Shown piece by piece: positions 9,904 through 20,600 of a stretch of 64,000 nt of DNA. Below the pieces are notes generated by a model that saw only the letters and a program-made list of their open reading frames with translations, did not search any database and was not told the DNA's origin. Within the stretch, counting starts at the first letter, position 1. Every line of letters begins with the position of its first letter. Source of the stretch: a virus; the IMG/VR virus record IMGVR_UViG_3300042566_000510, positions 13,492 through 77,491 of that record. One strand, 5' to 3'. Made by a program: the position numbers and the translations under genes.

Positions 9904-12900
9904 ATGGAATTCAAACCATCAATCTCACCAGAGCAGTTTGACATGATGCAGGGCGGTGGCCAGCCCACCTCGTCCGCCTCTCCGTCTCAGAAGTATGCCG
10001 GAGGATTTGACGCTGCTGCGTCATTCACCCTTGGTGAGGAAGGTGGCTACGTCAAAGATGACGCCGGAGCCGGGGAAACAAACTTTGGCATCAACAAGCG
10101 GGCAAACCCAGACGTTGATATCAAGAGCTTGACCGAGTCTGGTGCGCGCGATTTATACAAGACGCGCTACTGGAATCCGATTGGCGGAGATGAGCTTGCA
10201 AAGCGCAATCCCATTCTTGCAACCATCGCTTTCGACACGGCCATCAACATGGGCCCGACGACCGCCAAGAATTTTTTACGCGCCGCGAATGGAGATCCGG
10301 CAAAGGTTCTCGAGATGCGCGCTGAGCGCTATCGCGATCTGCTTGCAGCCGATCCCAAGAAGTTCGGCAAATACGCAGATGGCTGGCAATCTCGGATGGA
10401 CAAGCTGTATGAGCTTGCAGGGACTCAGCAGCCCGCAGCGCAGCCAACGAATGACTTCAGCGGGGAAGGCTCAACTGCTGGCGGCATCGATTGGAACGCC
10501 AAAGAAAAGGGCTTCGTTGATCGCGCGTCCGAGGGGTTTAAGCGCGGCTTTGATCAGTCCATTGGCTTAGGCCAAGCGGCTGCAGCATTGGTGAACCGCA
10601 CAGTCACTGGTGAAAAGTACAACGAGTTTCAGGATGAAATGTTGCAGGCGGCAGGCAAGCGCATGCAGCCAGAGGGCAGCGCACCTACGCCTCAATTCAG
10701 CGACGTCGTTTCCGGCGGCGCGAACTTTAAAGATTGGCTTGCCGACTCGGTAGGCTACCTTGGATACCAGGCCGTTGAGATGGCGGCCTCGTTCGGTATC
10801 GGTGGACTCATCGGTAAAAACATTGCCAAAGGCGCCGTCAAAGAGGTCGCCGAGGGCATGATTGAGAAAGAGGTCGCTCGACTCGCCGCCACCGACGCAG
10901 CCAAAACTCTCAGCAAGGATGAGATCGGAGCGCTCGCGGTCAAGAACGTCGCCGGCGAGATTGCTGGCAGCATGGCCACATTTGCAAACAATCTGCGCCA
11001 AACGTCTGGCGGCGTCTACATGGAGGCGCTGGACAATGAGGCGAAGACCGGCAAGCCAGCCGACTTAACCAATGCATGGGTCGGATCAATTGGATCAGCA
11101 CTGGTTGACACCGCTGCTGACATTGCTGGCGCTCGAGGCATCTTAGGTAAAGCTGGTAGCGGAAACGCCACGTTTTTGGGCCGCGCTGCAACGCAAGTTC
11201 CGCGTCAGATGGGGATTCAAGGCGGTACGGAGTACCTGCAAAGCAACATCGAAAACGCGGCAGCAGGCACAGACCCGTTCACCGAGAAGGCTCAGATTCA
11301 GGCGTTGAACGAGGGCGCTGTAGGCGCACTTGGTGGCGTCTTTCCAGGTCTTGGGGAGGCTCGCGTTCAACGCGCTACAAACCCTTTGCAGTCAGTCATC
11401 GACCATGCCGAAAAGCCTGGCAGCGTGCTCTCGCGTGCTGTGGTTTCTACCGGCGTTACCGATCAGGCTGCAGCAGCGGCCGCATCAGAAGCCCTGCCTC
11501 CCGCGGCTGACGACCTCGTGCAACGCGTGCGCGACGTCGAAGCCGGCATGCGCAATGGCCCCGTGCTCGACAACTTGCGTGACGACGGCGTTGACACCCG
11601 TGAGCTCCTCAATGACATGCAGCTTGCCCGTCGCACGGACGCGCCACGCGTTGCCCGTGAGGCTGCCCTCGAGCGCATCGAGACGGCGATCCACTTTGCA
11701 AACCAGGACGCGCAACCGCGTGCGCCGCTGGACTCGATCCAGAGCAACCCCGCTTTCGACTTCACTCAACAAGAGCAGGTTGAGCCGCAACAAATCCCTG
11801 ACTTGTCAGCAGTATCGACCGCGCTGCGTGACCCGAATCTGCGCAACACCATTTCTGACGAAGATCGCGACCAACTGCTGTATTTGTACAACATCGCCGG
11901 AAATAGCAAGGGTGATACCGTCGTGCGCACAAATGCCGCACGTCAAGCGCTCGAGATCGTCGGCCGCTATCAAACCCCTGTCGGCACGCCAGGCAGCACA
12001 ACGCCCGCATTGGAGCAGGCTGCGCAAGCGGGTGCTGCTATTGCTACGCCTGCTGAGCAACAAACTGTTGCCGCAGAACCCAAAGAGTTGGACTTCCTGC
12101 AGGCCGTGCCCGAGCCAAAGGTCGGCATCCCTGCCGGCGAAGGTCCGGCCTTTCTGCGTAAGCGCGCTGCTGTAGTCAAGCAACTGGTCGACAACGGCTT
12201 TGAGACCGTCCAGCGCGACAGCAAAGACTTCTACCTCACCAACACCAAGACCGGCCAAAAGTTCAAGCTCGACGGCTCAGCCGATGCTCAGCTCGCTCGC
12301 AAGGCGATCAAGGATCGAGTCGACGCGCTCGCTGCAACCAACGAGAAGAATCCGTCTCAAGCCAAGATCAACGCCAACAACTACAAGAAGTCCGACGTCA
12401 TCGACTTGAACGGCATGAAGATCAAGATCGAGAACGAGCGTGGCGACATCCGCCGCGGCGTCGGTCCTGATGGAACGCCGTGGGAAACAAAGATGGCTCA
12501 CCACTACGGTGAGTTCCAGGGAACGATCGGCGCAGACGGCGACAAGCTCGACGTCTTTATTGGCCAACGCCCTGACAGCAACAAGGTGTACGTGGTCGAC
12601 CAGGTCAATCAGGACGGCTCATTCGACGAGCACAAGGTCATGATGGGCTTCACCTCGAAAGAGGATGCCAGCTCCGGCTATCTGGCCAACTACGAAAAGG
12701 GCTGGACCGGCCTTGGCGCCATCACCGAAATGAGCGTCGACGAGTTCAAGACCTGGGCCAAGTCACGCGCTGCCAAGAAGCCCGCCTCCAGCGTGCTCGA
12801 GAACGCCGCGGCCGCAGGCCAAGATCAATTCACCGAAGAAGAGAAGGCCGAGGAGAAGAGCGGCAAGTTCTTCTACGTCAATGACGGCGAGAAGCAGCAC

Positions 12901-15900
12901 AAGCTCAAGATCATCAAGCCCGGCGAGCTTTCCAAGAAGCCAAGCGCCGAGCGCCCCGGCAATCGTCGCCCTCTGACGCAGGCTGATGCCGCACTCATCG
13001 AGAAGGTCGCTGCACTTCTGGGCAAGAACGTCGTGTTCTTTGAGGCTCAAGAGGGCCGCCTCTCTGACGGCTTCGTACGCCCCGGCCAACCCGACACTAT
13101 CTACGTTGCCACCGAGACCACGGTCAATCCGCTGGCAATCTTTGGTCACGAGTTCTTTCACACCCTGCGCGAGACCAATCCCAAAGCCTGGGACGCCGTC
13201 GCTGCCGTGGTGGGCACCAAGGTCACCGCCGCCAAGCGCTTCCGCAAGGACCGCTACGGCAAGAAGGTTGCCGACGCAAAGGGCGACGCCGCACTCAGCA
13301 CTGAGGTTGGTGGCGAGCTCGAGGAGCTGGTGTCTGACCTGGGCGGCAACCTCCTAAAGGACTCCAAGTTCTGGAAAGAAGTCTTTGCCAAGATCGAAGC
13401 TGACAACGGCGCCGAAGCCAAAGGCATCATCGCCAAGCTGTCGGCCGCCATCCAGAGCGCGATCACTCGCATCGTCAAGGCGATCAACCAGCCAGGCTAC
13501 CGCGCTGACAGCTTCGTCAAGGATCTCGATCAAGTACGCGCTGCGTTCGTGGACGCAATGGCTGCGCACCTCAAGAATGGCGACGTCGAAAAGATGGCCG
13601 CCACCGCGAACCAGAAGATCAAGAAGTCCGAAGATCGCGACGGCCTCACTGTCGAGGGCTATCACTTCAGCAAGGCGCCTCGCACCGTCTTGACCACCGC
13701 CATGTTTGGCACCGGCCTCAAGGGCAGCGCTCGCGAAGACATCAAGAACAACCCAGACCAGCGCCTGCGCCAGCGCCTGTCTTTCTACTTCGACAAAGGC
13801 ACCGGCATCAATCCGGAAGCTGGCGTTGGCAGCATTGCCCACAAGGCAACTCTCACCAACATCTACGACGCCGATGCAGATCCGTTGCGCCTGCGTACGG
13901 GCGATGCACGCGCGTTCGAGTCCAAGGTTCTGGATAACGGCTACAGCGGCTACCTCCAGCGCATGCAAGGCACGCAGTCCGGCCAGGTCATCTTGCTGGG
14001 CAAGCAGACCGTCAAGCCCGAGATTCTCGGCGCTGTTGGCAAGATCACCAACGCCGAAGTGGTGCCAGCTCCCAAGCAGCGCGCCGCTGATGTTGGCGAC
14101 CAGATCATGGCCAACAAAGATCTGCCAGCGGGCGCACTGACGCCGACGCAATGGTCAGAAGCGCTGATGCAGAAGATGCCCGAAGTGGCAGCACAGCTGA
14201 TGGACATCGGCGCCTTCGAGGGCAACGACTCCATGTACAAGGATGAGCTTGTCGCCAAGGCGCGCCAGCTCTCCAGCCAGATCAAGAAGTCTGCCGATCG
14301 CGCACGCGACGAGTACGCCGAAGTCGAAGCCAAATACAAAGGCACCGACGAATGGCTGAAGGCGCCCAACGGCGAGAGCACCAACCTCAGCGAGCGCCAG
14401 TGGATCCAAGTCCGCACGCCTTCATTCAAGAAGTGGTTCGGCGACTGGGAGAAGTTTGCCGGCATGCAAGGCGGCGTTTGGAATGACGCCAAGAACGAAG
14501 TCTCCAAGGCTGTCGACAAGAACGGTGAGCCGCTGGTCGTCTACCACGGCACCAACAAAGGCGGCTTCTCTGAGTTCAACACGCCCGGCGGAGAGAAGCG
14601 CGGAGATCTTGGGATTTTTACCACGCCTAACCTGGAGATGGCGCAGACCTACTACAGCCGTCGAGGCGGAGAAATCGATCTCTCCGACAAGGACCAAGGC
14701 GATCTCGAGGATATCGGCTACCAATTCAAGCCAGGCTTTATCGTCAAAGGAAGCGATGTTGGCTTCTTTGATAGCAAAGAACAATTGCTCGAAGAGGTTG
14801 AACTCGATCCCGGCGAAGAGATTGTCGAGGCATGGGATGTCACCGATCCAAACGGCTACAACGTAGACGGGCCGCGTGATCACTCGTACTACTTTGAATC
14901 GCTTGCCGACGCCGTTGGCACAGTAAACCTAAATATGGCGCAAGAGTCGACGAAAGAGTCTGGCTATTACGCCCTGTTCGCCAACATCCGCAATCCATCC
15001 GAGAGCGACTTTGAGGGCGCCAACTGGGAAGGTTCACGCGAAGGTCAGTACAACGTCATCAATCAAGACGGCGAGCAGGTCTACGACAAAGACGGTAAAG
15101 GTGTCTTCAACTCCTATGACGAAGCCCAGGAGGTGCAGTTCGCCAACCCCGGAACTACGGTCGAAGGCGCGGCCGATCACTACGAAACCACCGATGACGT
15201 GGTTTTGAATGCAAAGCGCTACGGCAACGACGGCGCTTACATGCAGAACGTCGTGGACGCAGGCCCAGGTGGCGGCGCGTACATCGACGAGCCATCCGAT
15301 ATCTTCGTTGCGCTCGATCCATCTCAACTCAAGTCTGCCAACTACAACAGCGGCGAGTTCAGCGTTGACAGCAGCGATTTGCGCTTCTCGAAAGACCGCC
15401 TCACGCGCGAAGATCCGTTCGAGATGTCGACGCGCATCCCAACAGCCAAAGGCAAAGTGGTCGAGGACCATGCCGGAGATCTCCTGATCTCCGACTTTGC
15501 CGCCGGTCAGAAGCAGGAGAAGTGGGTCAACTCGGTGGCCAACCTGGTCGCGCAGTACCCCAACTATCGCGAAGCAGACAGCGCCAAGACGCCAGCCAAG
15601 AAGCTCGAGCGCCTTGTCCGCCATATGGTTGAGAACCTCGTCTGGTTGCACAACCAAGTGCCGGCCGAGACTCGCCAACGCAGCAAGCTGTGGTACGACG
15701 GCGCCAACCGAATTGCCGAGCGCATGTCTCGCAAGTACGAGCTGACGCCAGCGCAATCGTCCGGCATCCTCGCCGTGCTAAGCCCGCAAAAAGACTGGTT
15801 CATGAACGTGAGCCTGGGCGAGCGCGTTGCCTCGATCATGGCTGAGCGCCAGAACTTCCAATGGTCCAAGGACATGGATGCCACGGCCAACCGCATCTAT

Positions 15901-17649
15901 GGTGCGGCCAAGTACCAGGAAGACGTTGACGCCATCCGCGGCAAGTCCCTATCCGACCTGGACGGCAAAGCATACCTGCAAGCCATGTGGGTGCGCACGT
16001 ACGACCAAGCTCACAACTCGAGCTCGTTCAACATCGTGTCACCCGAAGGTGATTCGCTGGCGATCGCCAAGGCCAAGACCGGCAACCCGGTCAAGGTGGC
16101 ATGGGGCGGCAACAGCACCATTGCCAAGGCCATCTCGATCTTCAACGACGGCTCTGCAAGCAACATCAGCGAGCAGTTGGGCACCAAGCACAAGGTGCGC
16201 AACTTCTTCAACAACATCCTGGTGCCAAAGAGCAAGAACGGCCACGTCACGATCGACACGCACGCCGTCGCTGCTGCGCTGCTGCGACCTCTGTCCGGCA
16301 ACTCGCTCGAGGTGATGCAAAACTTTGGCGGCACCTCGAACGCCATCAGTGGTCTACAGGGCACCTATGCTCTGTACGAAGAGGCCTACCGCCGCGCGGC
16401 CGAAGAGCTTGGCCTTCTGCCTCGCGAGCTGCAATCAATCACCTGGGAGGCTGTCCGCGGCCTGTATACCCCGGGCTTTAAGTCACAGTCGAAAAATGTT
16501 GACGCTGTTGATAAAATATGGAATCAGTACAAGAAAGGACGACTGAGCTATGACGGAGCAAAAGAATGGGCACTCGAAACTGCGGGAGGAATTGAGCCTC
16601 CTAGCTGGCTCGGACGCGACCCTGGCGCATATGTTGAAGACGAATCGTCCATTGAGCCTGGAGACGTATCTGGAGATGGAGTATCCGGAAGGGATTCCGA
16701 AGACGCTTTCATCCGAGCAGTGGGCGATGATTCCGGAGCCGCTGAAGAGAGCATCCGACAATCAGGAGACCGAGAAGGACGGGATGAAAGCGGAGGCATT
16801 GCGCCGCTTGCAGGTGCGCCAACTGTTCAAGGCGCGTCCGGGCCAGACCCGCGGCTCGTCCAAGTAGCAAACAAGTACGCCAGCGACAACGGCATCACAC
16901 TCCGCCGCCAGGCAGAGTACGTTGAGGTTGACCCCGAGCGCGCAGCTCGGATCGCGGCCGCCTACGAGGCTATGCCGCACGCCCCGCAAGACCGCAAGGT
17001 CAAAGCAGCATTTGCCAACCTGATCCGCCAGACGCGCGCTCAGTACGACGCGCTGGTTGATGCAGGCTACAAGTTCACGTTCTTCGACTCGAAGAGCGAC
17101 CCCTACGGCGGCAACCCATGGAACGCCATGCGTGACCTGCGCGAGAACCAGCGCATGGCCGTGTACGGCACCTATGACGGCTACGGCACCGAAGGTGTGA
17201 CCAAGAGCAAGGTCGACGACAACCCAATGCTGGCCGACACCGGCCTTGAGTGGGAAGACCAGAACGGCAAGCTTCATCCAGTGCTGGCCAACGACCTGTT
17301 CCGTGCCGTGCATGATGCTTTCGGTCACGGCCTTGAGGGCACCGGCTTCCGCGCTCGCGGAGAAGAGAATGCGTGGCAGGCTCATATCCGTATGTTCACC
17401 GGCTCTGCCAAAGCTGCGATCACCACAGAAACGCGTGGCCAAAACAGCTGGCTGAACTACGGCCCGTACGGTGAAAAGAACCGCGTCGCCAAAGTTGAAG
17501 ACACAGTCTTCGCCGAACAGAAGACTGGCCTGATGCCTGAGTGGACTTGGTCTGAAGGGTTGGCTGAAGACATGCCGACCAAAGACGAGCCCACTTACAA
17601 TCAGCGCGTCAACGCCCTCAAAGATTTGATCTCCTGCCTGAAGAAATAA
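9904..17649 (+). CDS. Giant polyvalent internal virion protein: GH108 muramidase, inorganic pyrophosphatase-like, zincin peptidase, two ADP-ribosyltransferase-like, DUF7178/HhH-glycosylase-like and HDxxGH domains
   Basis: EEGGYV..GETNFGI (GH108); HYGEFQGTIGADGDKLDVF..FDEHKVMMGF; GHEFFH; YHFS..GYSGY; FKKWFGDW..PLVVYHGT..QLKS; WYDGA..LAVLSPQ..VTIDTHA..LQSITW; FRAVHDAFGH..GEENAW. Confidence 0.8.
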   Translation: MEFKPSISPEQFDMMQGGGQPTSSASPSQKYAGGFDAAASFTLGEEGGYVKDDAGAGETNFGINKRANPDVDIKSLTESGARDLYKTRYWNPIGGDELAKRNPILATIAFDTAINMGPTTAKNFLRAANGDPAKVLEMRAERYRDLLAADPKKFGKYADGWQSRMDKLYELAGTQQPAAQPTNDFSGEGSTAGGIDWNAKEKGFVDRASEGFKRGFDQSIGLGQAAAALVNRTVTGEKYNEFQDEMLQAAGKRMQPEGSAPTPQFSDVVSGGANFKDWLADSVGYLGYQAVEMAASFGIGGLIGKNIAKGAVKEVAEGMIEKEVARLAATDAAKTLSKDEIGALAVKNVAGEIAGSMATFANNLRQTSGGVYMEALDNEAKTGKPADLTNAWVGSIGSALVDTAADIAGARGILGKAGSGNATFLGRAATQVPRQMGIQGGTEYLQSNIENAAAGTDPFTEKAQIQALNEGAVGALGGVFPGLGEARVQRATNPLQSVIDHAEKPGSVLSRAVVSTGVTDQAAAAAASEALPPAADDLVQRVRDVEAGMRNGPVLDNLRDDGVDTRELLNDMQLARRTDAPRVAREAALERIETAIHFANQDAQPRAPLDSIQSNPAFDFTQQEQVEPQQIPDLSAVSTALRDPNLRNTISDEDRDQLLYLYNIAGNSKGDTVVRTNAARQALEIVGRYQTPVGTPGSTTPALEQAAQAGAAIATPAEQQTVAAEPKELDFLQAVPEPKVGIPAGEGPAFLRKRAAVVKQLVDNGFETVQRDSKDFYLTNTKTGQKFKLDGSADAQLARKAIKDRVDALAATNEKNPSQAKINANNYKKSDVIDLNGMKIKIENERGDIRRGVGPDGTPWETKMAHHYGEFQGTIGADGDKLDVFIGQRPDSNKVYVVDQVNQDGSFDEHKVMMGFTSKEDASSGYLANYEKGWTGLGAITEMSVDEFKTWAKSRAAKKPASSVLENAAAAGQDQFTEEEKAEEKSGKFFYVNDGEKQHKLKIIKPGELSKKPSAERPGNRRPLTQADAALIEKVAALLGKNVVFFEAQEGRLSDGFVRPGQPDTIYVATETTVNPLAIFGHEFFHTLRETNPKAWDAVAAVVGTKVTAAKRFRKDRYGKKVADAKGDAALSTEVGGELEELVSDLGGNLLKDSKFWKEVFAKIEADNGAEAKGIIAKLSAAIQSAITRIVKAINQPGYRADSFVKDLDQVRAAFVDAMAAHLKNGDVEKMAATANQKIKKSEDRDGLTVEGYHFSKAPRTVLTTAMFGTGLKGSAREDIKNNPDQRLRQRLSFYFDKGTGINPEAGVGSIAHKATLTNIYDADADPLRLRTGDARAFESKVLDNGYSGYLQRMQGTQSGQVILLGKQTVKPEILGAVGKITNAEVVPAPKQRAADVGDQIMANKDLPAGALTPTQWSEALMQKMPEVAAQLMDIGAFEGNDSMYKDELVAKARQLSSQIKKSADRARDEYAEVEAKYKGTDEWLKAPNGESTNLSERQWIQVRTPSFKKWFGDWEKFAGMQGGVWNDAKNEVSKAVDKNGEPLVVYHGTNKGGFSEFNTPGGEKRGDLGIFTTPNLEMAQTYYSRRGGEIDLSDKDQGDLEDIGYQFKPGFIVKGSDVGFFDSKEQLLEEVELDPGEEIVEAWDVTDPNGYNVDGPRDHSYYFESLADAVGTVNLNMAQESTKESGYYALFANIRNPSESDFEGANWEGSREGQYNVINQDGEQVYDKDGKGVFNSYDEAQEVQFANPGTTVEGAADHYETTDDVVLNAKRYGNDGAYMQNVVDAGPGGGAYIDEPSDIFVALDPSQLKSANYNSGEFSVDSSDLRFSKDRLTREDPFEMSTRIPTAKGKVVEDHAGDLLISDFAAGQKQEKWVNSVANLVAQYPNYREADSAKTPAKKLERLVRHMVENLVWLHNQVPAETRQRSKLWYDGANRIAERMSRKYELTPAQSSGILAVLSPQKDWFMNVSLGERVASIMAERQNFQWSKDMDATANRIYGAAKYQEDVDAIRGKSLSDLDGKAYLQAMWVRTYDQAHNSSSFNIVSPEGDSLAIAKAKTGNPVKVAWGGNSTIAKAISIFNDGSASNISEQLGTKHKVRNFFNNILVPKSKNGHVTIDTHAVAAALLRPLSGNSLEVMQNFGGTSNAISGLQGTYALYEEAYRRAAEELGLLPRELQSITWEAVRGLYTPGFKSQSKNVDAVDKIWNQYKKGRLSYDGAKEWALETAGGIEPPSWLGRDPGAYVEDESSIEPGDVSGDGVSGRDSEDAFIRAVGDDSGAAEESIRQSGDREGRDESGGIAPLAGAPTVQGASGPDPRLVQVANKYASDNGITLRRQAEYVEVDPERAARIAAAYEAMPHAPQDRKVKAAFANLIRQTRAQYDALVDAGYKFTFFDSKSDPYGGNPWNAMRDLRENQRMAVYGTYDGYGTEGVTKSKVDDNPMLADTGLEWEDQNGKLHPVLANDLFRAVHDAFGHGLEGTGFRARGEENAWQAHIRMFTGSAKAAITTETRGQNSWLNYGPYGEKNRVAKVEDTVFAEQKTGLMPEWTWSEGLAEDMPTKDEPTYNQRVNALKDLISCLKK
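16489..16517 (+). promoter_or_regulatory. Internal sigma70-like promoter inside the giant gene
   Basis: TCGAAA-17 bp-TAAAAT with extended -10 TG, in a local AT-rich patch; AAGGA RBS at 16535-16539. Confidence 0.5.
16550..16867 (+). CDS. Nested +1-frame gene inside the giant protein gene (candidate immunity/partner protein)
   Basis: Own promoter and RBS; protein-like sequence MLKTNRPLSLETYLEMEYPEGIPKTLSSEQWAMIPEPL; main frame becomes D/G/S/R low-complexity over much of this stretch. Confidence 0.6.
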   Translation: MTEQKNGHSKLREELSLLAGSDATLAHMLKTNRPLSLETYLEMEYPEGIPKTLSSEQWAMIPEPLKRASDNQETEKDGMKAEALRRLQVRQLFKARPGQTRGSSK

Positions 17650-17655
17650 AGAACC

Positions 17656-20600
17656 ATGGCCCAATTCTCAAACTGCCTCCAGATCGTCAACAACATGCCT
17701 GAGCGCGACCAGGAGGCTCTGCTGAGTCGACTGGATCAGCTCCAAGCTCAAGGCCTGTCAGCCAAGGAGGCGCAGCTTCAGGCGGCCATTGACGTGCTGG
17801 CGCAGGTTGAGCGCGAGGGTCAAGTTCGCAAAAGCGCAGACCGCACCTGGAGCGGGGACGGGTATCGAGCCCTGAACTACAACCCGCCAAAGAATGCAAC
17901 GGTTGCCGATGTAGTCCGATACGAAAGCGAAGAGCTTGGCAATGCAGACATTGGAGAGATGGCCGATGAGTCCGCCAATCAGCTCGGCATTGACCTTTCT
18001 GCGATCCCAGCGTCCGATGCGATCTGGGTGACGCACACCGTAGAGCAGGCAATGCAGTACGGCGAGCGCTCAGACATTGATAAATACCCCGTCAACGGCT
18101 GGCTGATCCTGGCCGACCTTGGCGACGAGGGCGCGCTACTCCTAAATCCCAAGCATGCTCAAGGCATCCTCAAGTCCGTCGACCGCCCTCAGTTCTACAG
18201 CCAGCTTCAGCGCTCAATTGAGCAAGTGCCCGAGCGCCTGGCAACCATGGCTGCGCCAGCATGGAAGCAGTGGCTCACGGCCAACGCCTCTAAGCTCGGC
18301 ATCAAGGCCGACGAGCTCGAGTGGTCCGGCATCAAGGACTACCTGGACCTGCAGGGCAAGGCCAAGCTCAATAAGGCTGATCTCTCCTCCTACCTCGACG
18401 ACAGTGGCGTCAAGATCTCCGAGGTACAGCTTGACGATGCTGATGCCAAGCGTTCGCGAGCAGACAAGGAGGCTGCAGCAAACAAACTTACGCGAGCCAC
18501 CTTGGAGCTCCGCGAAGCTACGCCAAACATTCGTCAGCTGGATGGCGCCAACCTCACCGGATGGGCCGAAGATGCCTATGCCGGCGATGAATTTGCACAG
18601 CGGAAGATCCAAGCACTTAGCCTGGATGACAACGCCATGGCTGCAGTGCGTGAATATGGCCGCGTCGCAGCCGAATTTAACGAGGTTCATAACACTCGCA
18701 ATTCACCGGCAACCAAGTACGGCCAGTACACCCTGCCAGGTGGTGAGAACTACCGCGAGGTGCTGATCACGCTGCCGGTAACGCCAAAAGATGGCGCCAC
18801 CATTCAGCAGGCGTCATCTGGTTTCTGGCGTGTCACATTCAAAAATGGCGACACGGCAATGTTCAAGACGGAGTCGGAGGCTCGCGCAGCGGCTGGCGGA
18901 AGCGATGCGTACACATCAAGTCACTGGGACCAGAAGAACATCCTTGCCCACATCCGCGTCAACGACCGAGTCGCACAAGAGCCTGGCTTCATTGTGCGCA
19001 ACACCCGCTCCGGCAACCGCAGCGAAGTGTTTGCAACCCGCGAGCAAGCTGAGGACTACCAAGCCAAGATGCCTGCGTCCTTGAAGACGGAAATCGTTGA
19101 GCAGCCTCGCGAAGTAAAAGTTCTCTTCGTGGAAGAAGTTCAATCGGACTGGGGCCAAGAAGGTAAGAAGAAAGGGTTCGCCGGCCAGAATGGCGCGCCT
19201 TTGTCTGAGCAGGAATACAAGCGCGCTGCCGAGCTGCAAAAGCGTGACCGCCTTGGCGGCGAGCCCTTGAGCGCCACTGAGCGCGCAGAGTTTGACGCGC
19301 TGATGGCCCGTCACACGCGAGCTCATGAGGGACTGATGGTTCCCAACGCCCCCTTCGTCACCAAGACCGAAGGCTGGCTCAACCTCGCGCTCAAGCGCAT
19401 CGCCATGATGGCCGTCGAGGGTGGCTACGACAAGGTGGCTTTCGTCAACGGCGAGCAGTCGGCTGACCGCTACAGCCTGGAAAAGCAAGTCGATGAGCTT
19501 TCCTACGAGCCAACAGCCAAGGGCTACTACATCAACGTGATGGCCAGCGGTCGCAACATCAAGAGTGGCGACTTCACGAAGAGCGAGCTCGAGGACATTG
19601 TCGGCAAAGAGATTGTCCAAAAGATGGACGCTCGCGAAGGCAAGGTCGAGGGCACGCCAGGGGCTCCGGACTACGAAGATTTGAAGGATATTCGCACTCT
19701 GAGTGGCGACGGTCTCAAAGTCGGCGGTGAAGGCATGAAGACCTTCTACGACAAGCTCGTGCCACAGGCTCTCAACAAGCTGCTGCCTAAGCTGGGCGGT
19801 GAGAAGCTGGGCGCCGTCGAGATCGACGTGCAAGGAACCGGCCTGCAGACTCGGTACGAGTACCAAGGCCCAGAGCTCAAGCGATCCGAGATCGATGCAA
19901 TTGCAAGGTCAGGCGATTTCTCTGTATCGATTGAGCGTCAGTTGCGCGAAATCGGTAGCTTTGTGGAAGTCGGAGTGCCCATGGCGGAGGCGGTGCAAAA
20001 GTATGGCTCCATCTCTGCGGCTGAAGCGCTCGGCGGCAAGCTGGTGCCAATGAAGAATGCGATGTCCGCGCAACCAGGCTTCGACGTCACAGACAAGATG
20101 CGCGAGACCGTGTCTGCCGGTGTGCCGCTTTTCAGCCGTGATCGCCAGACAGAGACGCCTGAGTTTAAGAAGTGGTTTGGCGACAGTAAGGTGGTGGATG
20201 CTGAGGGTAAGCCGCTGGTGGTTTATCACGGGACTGGCGGCGACTTCGATTCATTCGATGCCGCTCGCTCGGGCCAGAACTACGCTCGACGTGGCGGAGA
20301 AAAAGGCTTCTTCTTCACGAACAGGCCAATTCCCGCTGGCGTGTACGCCGAACAGGCGAGCGGAGCCTTCTTTGGTGACGAAGAGAACCCTCGCTTCGGC
20401 GACGGTACGGCCAACATCATGCCGGTGTACCTGTCGCTGCAGAATCCCTACGTCCGCAAAGCGACCGGCTCTCCTGACAAATGGTTCGATTCAAACCACA
20501 GCGCCTTGCTGGCTGCCGCCGAAAAAGCTGGCGCTGACGGCATCATTGTTAATGGCGGCAAAGGATTTGAGATCCGCAGCGTTTACATCGCATTCAGCCC

